A stretch of DNA of 64,000 bases from Lepidodermella squamata (lineage: Eukaryota; Animalia; Gastrotricha): assembly GCA_047495785.1 (NCBI GenBank), contig JBLDXI010000007.1, positions 2,976,001-3,040,000 on the forward strand, read 5' to 3'. The notes under the pieces are model-generated. The model saw nothing but the letters and a program-made list of their open reading frames with translations, was not told the DNA's origin and did not search any database. The position numbers and the translations under genes are program-made. This document shows, one piece after another, positions 1 to 13,299 of the stretch; position 1 is the first letter of the stretch; the number at the start of each line of letters is the position of its first letter.

Positions 1-34
1 TCTGTCATTTTGTATATACTGTTCGAAAGAAGGG

Positions 35-105
35 AATTTATTATGTTATATTGTTCTTTTATTTTTTTGTGACTGATGGACAAATAAATTTGAATTTACA
101 ATTTA
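35..105 (+). repeat. Dispersed repeat, probable 3' tail of a non-LTR retroelement (second copy at 58045-58118)
   Basis: About 70 nt nearly identical to 58045-58115, ending in AATAAA plus short TTTGAA/TTTACAA repeats. Confidence 0.6.
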
Positions 106-1085
106 GATTTATGTCAGAAACCGGCTCTTAAAAGTGCGGGTTATTTCGCCGAGTTCGAAACCAATATTTCTAGGATTCACGCGCCGGTTGTCCGCCTTGA
201 ATGCAACGCCTATTTTCCATATTTTTCATAATATTTTATAAAAAAATATTTTTCATATTTTCCTCAGTTCTCATTTTCGTTCGATGATTTTTGAACATTG
301 AACCTCAACGGTCTCCATAATTTCGGCGCTAAAATTGATTTTTTTTGATTCTTTGAAATTTCCTGGATTTTTTTCTTGATGCTGCCCCCTATACTAAAAA
401 TGTTAATACAATTTCAAATTTAAATTTTTTTAAATTTAATTGTTAATTTAATTGTTATTTTTAATTTGTTAATTGTTAATTGTTAATTCGTTTTTTCCAT
501 GAAATTGTTGCTCAAAAAATTTCCAAATTTTCAACCTTGGGCAGACACACCTTCGCGCTTCGGCAAAACTGTTTTGAAGCCTTCATCAACTCGCGTCTCA
601 ATTCTTAATCCTCAACAATGAATTTTTCATGAATTAGGTATAGATATTTTGAATTCGAAACTGAGATGGAGCCGAATTGTTCACCCGAAACGTTCTGCGT
701 TGCTCTGAGAAAAACGGCTGAAATGCTTGTATTGAGGGCGAGAATAACAGCCACTGAACCTGAAGTGGTCAAAGTGTTGTCACTCACTGCAGCCGAGAAC
801 TATGCCGTGTGCCTTGTACCACTGCGCTTCAGCGGAAAATTCTACCTAAAGCATAGCATGAAAGATACTTTAATCCGCAGCAATTTTTTTTTCTCGCAGT
901 ATCACTTTCTTTTCGCAGCAAATCAACGTTTTTTCCGCAGTAAATGCTAATTGAATAACTAATTGAAATAATATAGCCACCGAACTATATTAAGGCTATT
1001 CAATATTTAAAATCACGCCAGGTGATTGTAGCGAGCACAATTTGACGCGACATGAGCGAGTGGAACGACGGCTTAAGGTCTTTAA

Positions 1086-1784
1086 CCCTTTCATGGCGGA
1101 ATTATTTACCTGCGGGAGAAAACATATTTGACGGCAGTTCTAGGGGTTTTAGAGGGCCCTGATCACGATTTTGAAACCCGTTTACCTCTATCTATCACCG
1201 TTAATGCTGTAAACTGGCTGAAATCGTCCTATCCGCCCAGCTGATTTCAGCAGATTTTTCGAACACCCTAATTTCTGTGACAGGTGCCTCCAGCTTTAGA
1301 ATTTTATATTACAAATTACTCCCATGAATGTCCCCAAAATTCTCCCTCACTCAAATCGCCGAACACATTCAGTTTAAAAAAGTTTCAGAGGCTCAGCATT
1401 CAGATCCGAATTCAGCTTTTCCAGTTTATGCTCGCGACAGTTTTTGCAGCACAAAAACCACGCACTCCGCCTGTATGAGTCCTGGCGGATAGGACGATTT
1501 CGGCCGGTTTGATTAAATCTCAATAGCGCCGTCATTTTTAATTTCCAACTCGAAAAAATTTACACAGAGGTCAATGAGACTATGCGGACACGGGGGTATT
1601 TTTTGTTGGATCCAAAAATGATCAGAAACCTATGAGATTTCAAGCGGCGCCCTGGTCTCAAAACCTTGTAGCCAACATCGAAAAGCAATATTCCTGAAAA
1701 GGGCGATCAAAAATTCATCGAATTCAATTTTCTGTGAATTTTCAAAGTCGAAATTCCGAAATCGTCCTTCCCGCCGTGAAAGGG
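1086..1784. mobile_element. piggyBac-type MITE nested in the 860-2390 element
   Basis: TTAA at 1082-1085 and 1785-1788; TIRs CCCTTTCATGGCGG / CCGCCGTGAAAGGG (13/14 match); internal inverted repeat GAAATCGTCCTATCCGCC (~1220 vs ~1484-1501). Confidence 0.9.
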
Positions 1785-2116
1785 TTAACAAATTGTTTTT
1801 CACATGTTAAACTCGCGACTTGATCAACTGCCAAATTCAATTACTAAAATATATGAATTATTTATGCCGTCTCCATCAACAATTGTAAGATCTTCCTACG
1901 GGAGGCAGCGAATGCTCGAGGGTCAAATGTATCTCACTACATGTACCCCGTACATGTATCCCGTATGTCTCCGTACATGTACGTGTATCCCGTGAAGAAA
2001 TGCCCCAAAATCCTTTAAGAAATAGCCCCACAATGTATCTCGTTGGGCAATTCTTAATGCGCGGTACGAAATTTCATTTAATTCAATACCTAACCAGTTT
2101 AGTCGGTTATTCAACT

Positions 2117-2157
2117 GGTTAGGGTTAGGGTTAGGGTTAGGGTTAGGTTAGGGTTAG
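2117..2157 (+). repeat. Interstitial telomere-like (TTAGGG)n tract
   Basis: ggttagggttagggttagggttagggttaggttagggttag read directly. Confidence 0.9.
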
Positions 2158-4429
2158 ATGCTGGGTCTTAAAATCGGGGACTTTGAACGGATTGGTATAT
2201 TATGGTATGAGGATATTTCAAGGCTCTAAGCCGTCCTAGATTTTCGTTTTCGTTCACTAATATTTATATTCCCCGTTCTTTTCCCATTTTAGCTAATAAA
2301 AATAAATTGCTGCGGAAAAAACGTTCATTTGCTGCGAAAATAAAGCGATACTGCGAGAACAATAAATTGCTGCGGAAAGAAGTATCGTCCCATAGCATGT
2401 ATGTTGGGCCCATGTCTAAGGTTACGATAAATCAATTCATGCTCAACTACATTTCTACATTGACTACATTGCTACACTGAACGACGAAGAGCTGGCGGTG
2501 CTGAACCAAATCGGCGAAATCTTGGCCGAGTGCCGATTTCTCCTCTCGGCCTCATCAAGTTGCATCAAATGAGCAAATCATGAAACAACTCATTTTTTCG
2601 TCTCCTTCAACGGTAGTATCGTCATCGGATGATACCGTTGTTGGAGAAAAGCCCACTAGGGGTAAAAACATTAGACGCTTCAGTGAACAGGTTTTGAAAG
2701 ACGGAACCCGTGTGCAATCGTTCATTTGCGTGTTCAGAAACAAAGCGGGCTACGAGCGCTGTAATCATCGTCGTCGTGCGCGTCGCGCTGAGTCGAACGA
2801 CGATGTTCTACTAGAAACCAGCTGCAATGCATTCGTTCATTAAAGATTGACCAACTTAGGGATATGATAGGAATTTCCTTAGTGATTCCTACTTTAAACG
2901 AACTCCTATTCGCTTCGTTAATCCACCTGGTCCGGGGTATAACTTGTATTTATTAGACCTTTTTAATCGTAATCACGTGACCTAACAAAATGTCCTAAAT
3001 ATCTTGAGCCTCCTCTACACTGGGAATCATTATATGGCTCTGGGAAAGCCTTAAATTTATGTTTTTCTTTCATTTTTCCGTTTTTCTTTTTTTCTTTTCG
3101 CTAAATAAAGCGATTTACCTATGTTCTGGCAACGAAACATATGTTTTCTTATCGAGAAAAACGCGCTGAATCATTTTTCAATTTTTTTGAAGTCATTCCA
3201 GCTATTTTTAAATTAAATGTGAGAAAAAGTAGAATTAGCTGTAGAAAAAATGCCTAGATGCGAAAAAAGATTTAGATGTGGAAAAGAGATATTAGATGCA
3301 GATAAAATGATTTAGATGAATATTAAAGTAAGTATGGTCCAAATAAATTTGGTTTAATTAAAGGACTCTATCCATATATATTTCAATCATAAAAAACAAA
3401 AATAATATTTTATAAGCACTGTGTCATAAGGCAACCTGATTGTTAAATTAGGCAGTCCACATTTTTAATAAATGTTTATCTCTCTTCTTTCTTTAAATTT
3501 GGAAATCACTAAGCCGCTGCGCAATTGCGCAACTGTATGCGTACAAAACTATCCGCCAGACGTCTAAATATGAACTAAAACTTCAGGATTTTTCACATCT
3601 TTCGACATTCGAAGTCATTGAAGTCATACCTCTCGACATATAAATAATTGAACTACTTGGGTCCTAGGTGCTAAATCCTGGATACTAGCCCGATTGAAAA
3701 ATGTCAAATTGTTGAGGTGTCTCGTGCCTGGCAGGTGCTTGCATTTTACTCCAAATACTCTGCAAAATTGACCTGTTTTCATGCATAAATCGGACTCAGA
3801 CCCCGAAATCCGTCCGGTTTATACCACCTGTCCGGTTTAGCCAGTAAATTTATATTGTAAAGTCCACACTTTTGGATCGAGCCAACCTAAAGCGTCGGGT
3901 TTAGACAAATTACACTGTATTTAGATTTTGCTTATAGAATAAAACGTTTTCTGCTTAACTTGCCGGTAAGAAGCTTTCCGCTTTCAACAAACAATAACTT
4001 GTTGAAGAAATGTGTGCATGTAGGCGATGTAGGTTTTTATCGCTACACAGACTGCAGTAAAACCTATTGCCATGATCCGTCCAGTAGTATAGGGTTTACA
4101 ATGATTAAACGTCAGAAGAGTAATATATAGACATACATATTGCTTATTATTCATTCAACTTACTTTTACAATTTCTAATTTTTTATTAGCGTTTTTACTG
4201 TTAATACATTAGTATTCACTTGACTGTAAAAAACTGTGGCTATATATCTTCTAAAATGCTCACGTATTTACCCCCGCCCCCTCCCCCATAGAACTTCCTA
4301 TTAAGTACACAAATAAAAAAGGTGTTCATCCAGCTAAATAACCACTCGTGCTCAATACCAACGTCTACAAATTGCCACATTTTTTTACAGCGTTAGTAGC
4401 AGATTTTACGAAATCATTCAAAAATCGAA

Positions 4430-6145
4430 ATGGAAGATCACGACAGTTCTATATGTCGCTCCGTGAAAATCTCTGGGAAATGTGCGACGGATACGCCCGA
4501 GTTTCGGACTTTAATGGCCCAACAATTCGACTGGTTAGCTAATTCCGGGCACGCCGGCCTTGAAGACATGAAACTGGCCTCGGCGACTGATCACCGCGAT
4601 TATATCGAGCTAGTCCCAGAAATGCTTTTCGGAGGCTACTTTCTGGTCTCCACTCTACCGCAAGGCGAGAGGATGGATCTATCAATAGTTGCCAAGGGTA
4701 TTGTTCAAGCTATTACGAATCGAAATTCTTCATCGCTGAAGCGGAAACATGACGATGATGGTGATGACCAAGTCAAATTTGAACCTCTTGACGCTGCTTT
4801 GCTCCATGTCGCCTTCTGTTACAAGGATATGACGATTTCTCGACGAGTTTACGCAGCTAAACTATCAGTGATTCCACCGTGCTTCGCTTCAGCGTTATTG
4901 ATCAGAATGTTTCGAGTGCGAAAATATGTGGAAATGTTAAATATTTCATGTTTCATGTTTCATGTGAATATGTTCAAATATTTCTTTAGAGATTGCCACT
5001 GCTCAACGGCGCTTTTTTTAGTCGAAAACGGGGCGGAGTTAAATGATAAAGATGTCGACGGTAAGTGACGATTTCTTTTCACTAAAATTGAACGAGGGAA
5101 AGTATTAGATACCAATCGTATTTCTCCAAAATCAAAATTAAGGTTGCCGAAAGACGATAAGTTTGGAAAATGTGCACTAAAGGTTTTGTTTAAGAATTTT
5201 GAAACAGTAGCCATAGGCTAGAAACATCAGGTTTTGTGGGCAATGGAGGCTTTTAATAAACATAGCTTTCGCATTAATATAATATATATATGATATAACA
5301 TTATGAAGCGTAATGATTCGTTCATTTTTTCAGGAGCACTTTCTGCGATTATTTTTAGTTTCAAACCACTCCGATACCACTATCAGTCGGCGACATTGTT
5401 GATAATGTTGACAAAAAGTCGCCTGCTATCATTAATAATACCGAAAATGCCTCCAACATCGCTGGGAATCAAATTCGATGGGAAAAGGGCTATTGGCGAC
5501 CGTGATTTGAGCGCGCTGTTACCTGCGATTTGCAACCATCCTATGATTATGGAGAAAATTTGCGATGCATTTCAACACTCAACGAGCCAACCGACTTTCA
5601 GCTGGGCTGAATTATTCGCTGGCTACGAAATATTTGCATCTGGCATTGAAACTGTGGCTAGACAACGCATCAGTCTTACTTTAAAATATATAATTCTACC
5701 ACTGTTACGGTCTGGCTTTACGGCCGGCAATAGTTTTTATTTGTCTTGGTCACCATCTTTGGTTCATTATGGCAGAATTTGGAAAAAACTTAAAAATTGG
5801 CCTGAATTGCAGCAAAAATTTCTCGCAACGGCCGTTCAATGTCTCAGCAGAAGAGCGGTGTACTTACCGGCCTGGATGGAAGAAATTATGCGAGGTCGAG
5901 GAATAGCCCAGGCTGAAATCGATGAAATGAAGATGGGAATTGAAATTTTAAGGCGGCGATATCGTATTATCTCTCTTAAAAATTCAGCTCGTTCGGCAAT
6001 TTTGGGACAACTACCCTACGGCATGAGCAAGCGCAAGTCGGCTATTGACAGCCTGCCTATTCCGAAATGTCTCGCGAATTATCTGCAATTTGATGATCTC
6101 GATTTTACTGTTGATTTGTCGAATATTAACGCATATTGGTTTTGA
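4430..6145 (+). CDS. SOCS-box family protein, copy 1 (exons ~4430-4908, 4990-5060, 5334-6145), with an ankyrin-like segment
   Basis: C-terminus SLKNSARSAILGQLPYGMSKRKSAIDSLPIPKCLANYLQF is SOCS-box-like; LPLLRSGF family motif; G|GTAAGT donor at 5061 and CAG acceptor at 5333; LVENGAELNDKDVDG resembles an ankyrin repeat. The first intron is less certain. Confidence 0.8.
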
Positions 6146-6190
6146 TAATTAGATTGGATATTTGATTGCATGTCTTCATGTTATCTTTTC

Positions 6191-6496
6191 ACCTATGTAC
6201 TGTTGATTTTCATCCTGATTTTTGAAAGCCTTTGGTATCTCAAGTTGACAGCAAATTAAAGTCGGCATCGAGGAATTCGAATCTGAATTTATTTTTTCAC
6301 TTAGGTGAAAAATAGCTGACGATCTCGCCAAAAATCGAATGATCGATCGGAATCGATTTTCGGGATTTTCGGTGAAATGATTGGTTCATCTTTCAAAAAT
6401 ATCAAAATCGAATTCCTCGATGACGACTCTAATTTGGGGTCAACTTGAGATCCCAAACACTTTCAAAAATCAGCATGAAAATCAAATTACATAGGG
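6191..6496. mobile_element. Foldback MITE with ~90-bp imperfect TIRs
   Basis: cctatgta...gattttcatcctgatttttgaaag...catcgaggaattcga is mirrored by tcgaattcctcgatg...ctttcaaaaatcagcatgaaaatc...tacatagg. Confidence 0.8.
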
Positions 6497-6551
6497 CACT
6501 TTTGCCATGTTAACTTAACATTATATAAAAGTCGACATTATATACGACATA

Positions 6552-7001
6552 TATATGTCGTATCGTATAAGGCAATCCCTCCAATGGCACATAGAGATAT
6601 CTCAATGAGCAATCCGAAAATTGCTTTTTGCCTGTTGTTTTCATCAGCCTTCAGGTTTTTGAATTATAATCTATCACATATTAAAGAGCCCGAATAGCCC
6701 CATCGATTGGACTGTTAATTGATTGATAAAGAGTTTAAATGGACCCAGAAGGCCAGAAGACAGCTACTGTGAAAATACGCTGGCTTTTTAAAAACTCATA
6801 AATCACGCAGATATGGAACAAAGTATTAGGGAAAGTGGGTTCTGCTGGATAGGCGAAGGGCTATTCTGTAATCTTGCTTGGTTTCCAAATTTTAAAAACT
6901 GATTAAAATAACTGAAAATGACGTTGGGAACAATTCGGATTGCTCATTGAGATATCTCAATCGGCTATTGGAAGAAATTGCCTTATACGATACGACATAT
7001 A
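6552..7001. mobile_element. MITE with ~65-bp imperfect TIRs, TA-flanked
   Basis: tatatgtcgtatcgtataaggcaat...gagatatctcaatgagcaatccgaa is inverted at 6935-7001. Confidence 0.85.
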
Positions 7002-7739
7002 CAGGTGCGTGAATAAACGGTGTAATTGACTCGTCGAGAGCGCTCAAGTGGGTTTGCGCGCACCCTGTTACATGGGTTCACATTGCGTGATGCGCATTCG
7101 TGTCTGCGCATATTTCACTTCACGCCCAATCTGCCCTAATTTTCAATTGTCGCTGTTGATGTTTTGTTTACTTCATCATAGCTAACGCAGCAATTTGTTC
7201 AGAGAATAAAGATTGGAATTATTTCTTATTGTTCAACTTTTATGTCATCGATTATTGAGGTGTTCTCGCTGTTTTTCCCATCGCATCATCGAATTGCCAT
7301 TTATTAGCCGCATATCGACCTACCACTAACACTCGTTCCATAATTTTCCATTCCCCCCCCCCTATTTCATTGGCACAACTTCGGCAATGTCCGGCCGCCA
7401 ACTCAGCCGATTATTTCCTTAGTCCTACGGGTGTGCGGCGGGGTCAAAGTACAACTCAAAAAATTGCCCCAGAACTTAGAAAATAGCATTAGTCTGTAAC
7501 GTTCTATGCGTAGCCTTACTTTTCAAATTTTTCAGATTTTTCAAACTATTTTAGAAATTCCAGTATTAAAATAACCTGGCATTTTCAAGATACATTTCAA
7601 TAATCCGGAGAATCTGAAGAATTTGAAAAAATATTCTAACAACTAACTGCATCATCTCAGTAGCGTGAATCATGCTTTGGACTTCCACAAAATTTCCACA
7701 AAATTGTTAAATTTCCTATAGAAATATTTGTCTTGAATT

Positions 7740-7966
7740 TCTTTTCTGATCGACTTCGCTGTTTGTTCGCCGATTTTGACCGCCATAAATTCAGCGATGA
7801 AAGCGCAGCCATCGACCGCCCGAACCGCTCGAAAATCGTCGATTTGCTGATAAACAAATTCAGCCATCTGCCTGCCGACTTCTTCCCCTTCGACCTGATA
7901 ATCGGGCAGATGGCTGTATGCCGCGCCTACATCCCGGATTATGAGAGCAAATTGTGCCGCCTATAT
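7740..7966 (+). pseudogene. Orphan fragment of exon 2 of a SOCS-box family gene
   Basis: LFADFDRHKFSDESAAIDRPNRSKIVDLLINK...IPDYESKLCRLY aligns with LIANFEGSKFSAEQARLDLPNRNRIVEMLIDK...IPQFEQKLCTVY at 9200-9400, then is cut off by the 7967-8265 insertion. Confidence 0.75.
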
Positions 7967-8265
7967 CCCGTATAGAAAAAATAAGCTGGAATGCAACAAA
8001 GTAACATGGAAAGTAGCAATGTGCCACCAACGCAACATGGTAAACCATTTTCCATGTTATTTTGTCGTCCTGACAAGTGGATTTAACAGGTTACGCCTAA
8101 ACATGGCAAGATTTTGCCGTGTTGTTAGCTGTCAAAACCGCTACATGGAATTTTTGCGTCCTGACATGCTATTCTGACATTGGAAACCATGGAGAGCGTT
8201 AACATGTTGAAATTTTACCTTGGAAATTCTTCAACGTGGCATTTTTGCGTCCTAACATGGAATCG
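7967..8265. repeat. AACATGG-motif-rich insertion (probable TE remnant)
   Basis: About 10 AACATGG/CCATGTT-like motifs; the direct repeat tttttgcgtcct(g/a)acatg occurs twice. Confidence 0.5.
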
Positions 8266-9956
8266 GATCGCTCTCAAATCGGCTACCCAGGAATGCAAGC
8301 TGTGAATTCTACAATTGCGAATTTTATCGCTACTCTGGACGTTTTCGAGCTGGACAGCCTCGAACAAATCTCAGGGTCGAGCAACTGGTGGGTTGCGCCC
8401 CTCGACCTAATTCAGCTGCATTTGGCGGTTGATCTTCGCGATTTCGACTCGTTTCAACGCTTGATGGACGCTAGGCAAGACCGCATCTCGCCATGCCTCG
8501 TCTCGATTTTAGTCGAGTCATTCTTCGTCTCGACGTGTCGCTTCGAACCGTTCGCGCGAGCGGCGGCTCAGATAATGGAGCGTTTAGCATCGTTGTGGAA
8601 AATTGGCCAGTGCTGGATGCAATCGTTTCCGAGAATTCACCCTTTTGCTTATGAATGTAAGTTTCAACTAGGTTGATAACTCATTTATTTGTAATGTTTT
8701 AATTTTATTAATTTTCCATTCTCAAAATTTAATTTGTCAAATTTACTTACCTATGCATCTATGCATACAGTGAAAATCAGAAGCTACGCTCGGTCAGGAA
8801 TTTGTTGAGTTGGATCTAAAAATATCTAACACGCGCCCGAACTATTTTTAGATCCAAGCTTGGGTTAAATTCAGCTAAAAAATGAAAAGTGTAACTCGGA
8901 CAGACTAAGAAGTTTTAAAAGTTGTAAAAATTGAAAATTCATAAGGTGCTAATTAATATTCCGAAGCCCCCAAAGTTGGTGATTATCTCAGAAAAATTCC
9001 GGAAAAATTATTTTTGATTTATCGTTACCTTATTCCAACTGCTAAAATTGTTCTGCATTTTTTGGCACTAAACTAAGAATGTCCTAGTTTCATGACACCT
9101 CATGAATGTATTCATACTCTTGAAACTATCCCCCTTCCTTGGAGCTATGTTTGGAGCTGGGTTTCATTTTCATATAATTTTTGCAGTTGAGTTCAGCGCG
9201 CTAATAGCCAACTTTGAAGGCTCAAAATTCAGCGCCGAACAAGCCAGGCTGGATCTGCCAAATCGAAACCGCATTGTCGAAATGCTAATCGACAAGCTGT
9301 GCCACGGGTGCTCCAACTTCCCGTTCGAAAATTTCATGATGCAAATGCTCAAATGCTCAAAGGACATCCCGCAATTCGAACAAAAACTGTGCACGGTCTA
9401 CAGCGCCGCTACAAAGCTTAACGGTGATTTCACATGGCTGAACCTCCTGGAACGGCCTAATTTTTTGCATGTTAACTGGAATGTCGCGTCGAAGTTGTTT
9501 CTTACCGGCCTGTTGCACCTGCTCAGGGCCGGCTTCACGTTTCCTTACTTCTACCGAATGAGACCCGATTTTTGCGCCAGGATCCTCCACCCCCTCGTCA
9601 GTCAGCAATTCGACGGCGAGCTGCAAGAGCGGCTGTTTTTCGAAATCTGTCTCCTGTTCCTGAAAAACATTCGCGGCTACGACGTAGGACGGTTGACCCA
9701 TCTGCTGAATGTCCTCTGGGGTAACGGCCCGCAGGCTGGCAGCGTCGAACGCAAGAACAGAATTTCAAGCAATTTCCGATCCAGCTTTCCGTTATCGCTG
9801 CAACATTTTGCGAGGAAAGCAATCCTATGCCGCCTGCCGATGGGCTTGCCACAACGAGGCAGGGCTATAACGAGTCTGCCACTATCACTGCCGATGCAGG
9901 AATATCTGCATTATGGCGATGTCGCCGCAAAAATTGATCAAATTCGAAGCAATTAA
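8266..9956 (+). pseudogene. SOCS-box family copy 2, 5'-truncated (exons ~8266-8656, 9187-9956)
   Basis: Family motifs LHLAVDLRDF...ISPCLVSILV; T|GTAAGT donor at 8657; intact SOCS box FPLSLQHFARKAILCRLPMGLPQRGRAITSLPLSLPMQEYLHY; lacks the N-terminal His/Cys region seen in paralogs. Confidence 0.65.
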
Positions 9957-10668
9957 TTTCCAGTTTTGCAACTGATCAGTGCGCTATTTAATTTTTGTTT
10001 TTTGAACTTCTTTTAATTAATCAAAAAATGTTCACTCATCAATGGATCAAGTTTTCGTATCTTCGTGGAAGTAATGCCAAAAATTTGTTGTTGTTTTCAA
10101 GTTGCGGAGAGTATATTGACTGCCGGATTGAGTATTCTTTGATTCTTGTCTCCAAGTTTTTGTTGTATTTTGCTCGAGTTGTTAGGATTTTGCATCCTGT
10201 TTTTCCTTCGATTTTGCTTGATTGGAAGCAAAAACCAATAATATGCTGATTAATCAACATTTTATTTCCTGAATAAATTGAAAATAGGCAAATTTTGTGG
10301 CTTATTTTAATAATACTTATTTTAGCGTTTGGCGGATTTTTTTTTAAGGTGGATTGCACCAGCTTCGTTTTTTCAGCATTTTTCAACCTAATTTGGAAGC
10401 GCTGATTATCGGAAAAAACGCAATAATTTTGAGTGTTTCGTCGATATCAGTTATTGTTGGGGGACCTAAAATTATCGCCCAGAGAGATTCCTTTTGCAAA
10501 ATTTTAATTATACCGTAGCTAACACAAGGTAATAATTTTGAAGAAAATCCTGTTTTTCGAGGATTTAAAATCAATCCTAATTCAGAAAATTATAATATTT
10601 GAGAAAAATTTGTGGAAGGTATTATTCCCGATTTATCTATGAATTTTGGTGATTTTTATACGGAATGT

Positions 10669-10948
10669 CTATTCGTACATAGTATGTACGCGAAATTTGT
10701 TATTCGTACATAGTTTCGATATGCTTTTTTCTAAGATGAACGACTCAATCAATTTTCATCCCGTCGACCATCAGGCCTATCTCCCCTCAAAAATCACCAT
10801 TGGACCCCCTATGGTAGAGTCGCAAAATAGCATTATTTGAATTGTTTTTCCCGACCCTAGCGTGGATACTTTGGAAGATAATCTGACGAAATTTGTGCGA
10901 ATGTATGTACGAATAGCAATTTCTGCGTACATAGTTAAGTACGAATAG
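10669..10948. mobile_element. Small MITE-like element with inverted ATTCGTACATA repeats
   Basis: ctattcgtacatagtatgtacgcgaaatttgttattcgtacata is imperfectly inverted at 10903-10948. Confidence 0.55.
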
Positions 10949-11330
10949 CTTGACCCATTTTTATATGTTTACCTGATTTTCGGCGATCGAAAACATATTC
11001 GCATAAATTTAAACGTAATTTAGATTTCAGTGTGCATTTTCAGTTTTATCAGCCCTTAGGTCAAATTTTAAAACAAATTATGAACACATGGCGCATCATT
11101 TGATTTTCAAAACAAAAAACGGTCCAAACTACCAGATTTTCAAGTGAACTTGTGGTGAATGCCACTGCCTATTGTCGGATCTTTAATTATTCTTATATAA
11201 AACTGACAGCATTCACCTCCATAGCCGAAGTGTTCAAAGATACCTTATTACCCTCCTACCCTACGGTATCTATAAGTCGCTCCATTTATGAATTTCACCA
11301 CCTGTTTTATAGGCACTTCAGTTATTACTA

Positions 11331-12728
11331 ATGCAAGCTGAAATCGAGCTATGCTGTCAAAATGGCAAGAAAATGAGTCCCGAATGTTTGATAAACAACT
11401 TTCAATTCGGGAAGGATTTTCATATGTGTGCTGATGACTTGATTTCTCAGGCTGCGAAGAAACTTCAATGTGTTGTCGGTTCAACGCCTGACCAATCAGA
11501 ATTCAGCTATATTTATTTAATGCGCCTTTACTACCGAAAATGCTTGAAAAGCCGAAAAACAGAACTGCTGAAAGCCATCCTGCAAAACTGTGTGGACATT
11601 GCTACCAAAGAGGTGGACGAGCCACGGAATAAAATGCCGAAAATTGAAGCGAAATTGATGGTTCGAGATGTTGTAGCCCTCGATCTGGCAGTTCGATGCC
11701 ATGATTTCGAGATGTTGAGCTGCTTGATCGAGGCGAAAAGACTAGCCATACCTTCTTGTCTTGTTTCAATTTTGGTTGATACCTTCTTCGACCGTCATTT
11801 TTTTGGCGAGAACCACATGGATGCCTGTTGCCCCCGGACGTTGGAAATTTTAGCCGGGTTATGGACGATTGGCCAGCCATGGATGAGTTGGGATGAACCG
11901 CGTAATCTTATAATGTTCTATTGGGAAGGTAATTTCACATTAATCCAGTATTATTTAATCGATATTTCCGGGAATTTTCATTCTTTTAGACCTTTTGGCT
12001 AGCTTTTTTACCGGATTCGAGACAAATCGAGCTGTTGCTGAACTGGACTATCCACATCGTAATAAAGTCATCGATTTGTTGATTGGTGTGTTTCTCCGTT
12101 CTACGGCAGATATTCACTATCCAGCCATGATCCTTCCAGCCGTTTTCTCCGCTTCTTACATACCTAAATTCGAGGAGCGCATTTGCGATCTATTCACCCT
12201 GGCTCGAGATCACTTGGACATGTTCGATTTTATTGATATGCTGACGTATTTTGACTTCTCCCTCGAGGTGAAGCTTCCATACACGAACAAAGTCTTCAAT
12301 TTCGCATTCTTGCCTGCTATTCGAGCTGGTTTGACATTCAACCACCGCTACCCTGCTTCCAAGCTCAATGGCTGGCTGGTTGTTATTGCTCGGTCTGAAT
12401 TTTTGCCGTCTGAAATGTCACAACGGCATTATTTCAAGTTCGCGCTTTGTTTTCTTGATTTGAATGGTTACAATCCGGTGAAGCTTGAAGAAATGTTCAA
12501 GGCTGAGTGCCAAATTGGTTACGGGAGAGATTTTGATGTTGAAAAACGAATTCTAGCATGTTCTATTCAATGTACCCGTTTTCGCTGGAAAATTTTGCCC
12601 GAAGAGCAATTTTGACTTCATTACCTGTTGGCCTCTTTGCTCGACGAGCTGCAATTCAAAAGCTTCCACTGCCTGAAAGTTTGCTGCGATATCTCGACTA
12701 TGCCGACTTGGAAATCGAGATTGGTTGA
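11331..12728 (+). pseudogene. SOCS-box family copy 3 with a frameshift just before the SOCS box (exons 11331-11928, 11990-12728)
   Basis: After ~12555 the box MYPFSLENFARRAILTSLPVGLFARRAAIQKLPLPESLLRYLDYADLEIEIG* lies in a different frame from the 11995 ORF. Could be an assembly indel. Confidence 0.75.
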
Positions 12729-13299
12729 TGAATTTCTCCGTGCCGATTCTTCAACAGGACTGAATCTCCCGCTTTTTTTGTTTAATTCTGAATTTTTTTC
12801 AGCGATTTTCATTTTTCATCAGCATTTAATCCCAGTTTCCAAATTCAAAGTTCAATAAACGATGAGAAAAAGAGTTTTGGTCATCGATTGATAACATTTT
12901 AAGCTCCTAACAGCTATTGAGTGATTATGGAACCTTGTGACTAATACTGTAGCTTGGGGCAATTTTCAAAAATAGGGCAAAAATTGAATGCATGAAAAAT
13001 CCCTACGCTCGCAAATTTTTCGAATTTTTATCGGGCGGTAGTTGAACATCGCAATCGCTAGATCTCTCTTTGAATAATGGATAGAGAAAAACCGAGGTCA
13101 GCGACTTTAACTGTAACGTAACGTGATCGGAGAGAAACACTGAATTAGGGTAAATTGGAATGGACAGCAAAGGGCAAGAAAAACTAGTTCATGTAACGCA
13201 CGTTCAACTTGTCCCCGGACTTTTACCAGCTTTACCCCTGGAGTTTCTAATCGAAATCTTAACAAAAAATACAATTTTCATAATGATGGCTGCTGGTTT

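Larger units (their letters stand above)
860..2390. mobile_element. Non-autonomous TIR DNA transposon with 8-bp (possibly 9-bp) TSD
   Basis: Imperfect ~85-bp inverted repeats (860-945 vs ~2305-2390) built from CGCAGCAA-like units; CATAGCAT duplicated at 852-859 and 2391-2398. Confidence 0.85.

Noticed and set aside
2117-2157. True telomere or chromosome fusion site
   Set aside because: Only about 7 units, one orientation, and located inside a TIR element.
666-2843. Decayed transposase-like coding remnant interrupted by the 860-2390 element (LNDEELAVLNQIGEILAEC resembles hAT sequence)
   Set aside because: Similarity is short and subjective, frames are broken, and no catalytic motif is visible.
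3780-3920. Tc1/mariner-type MITE end (...ttacactgta)
   Set aside because: No matching partner TIR found.
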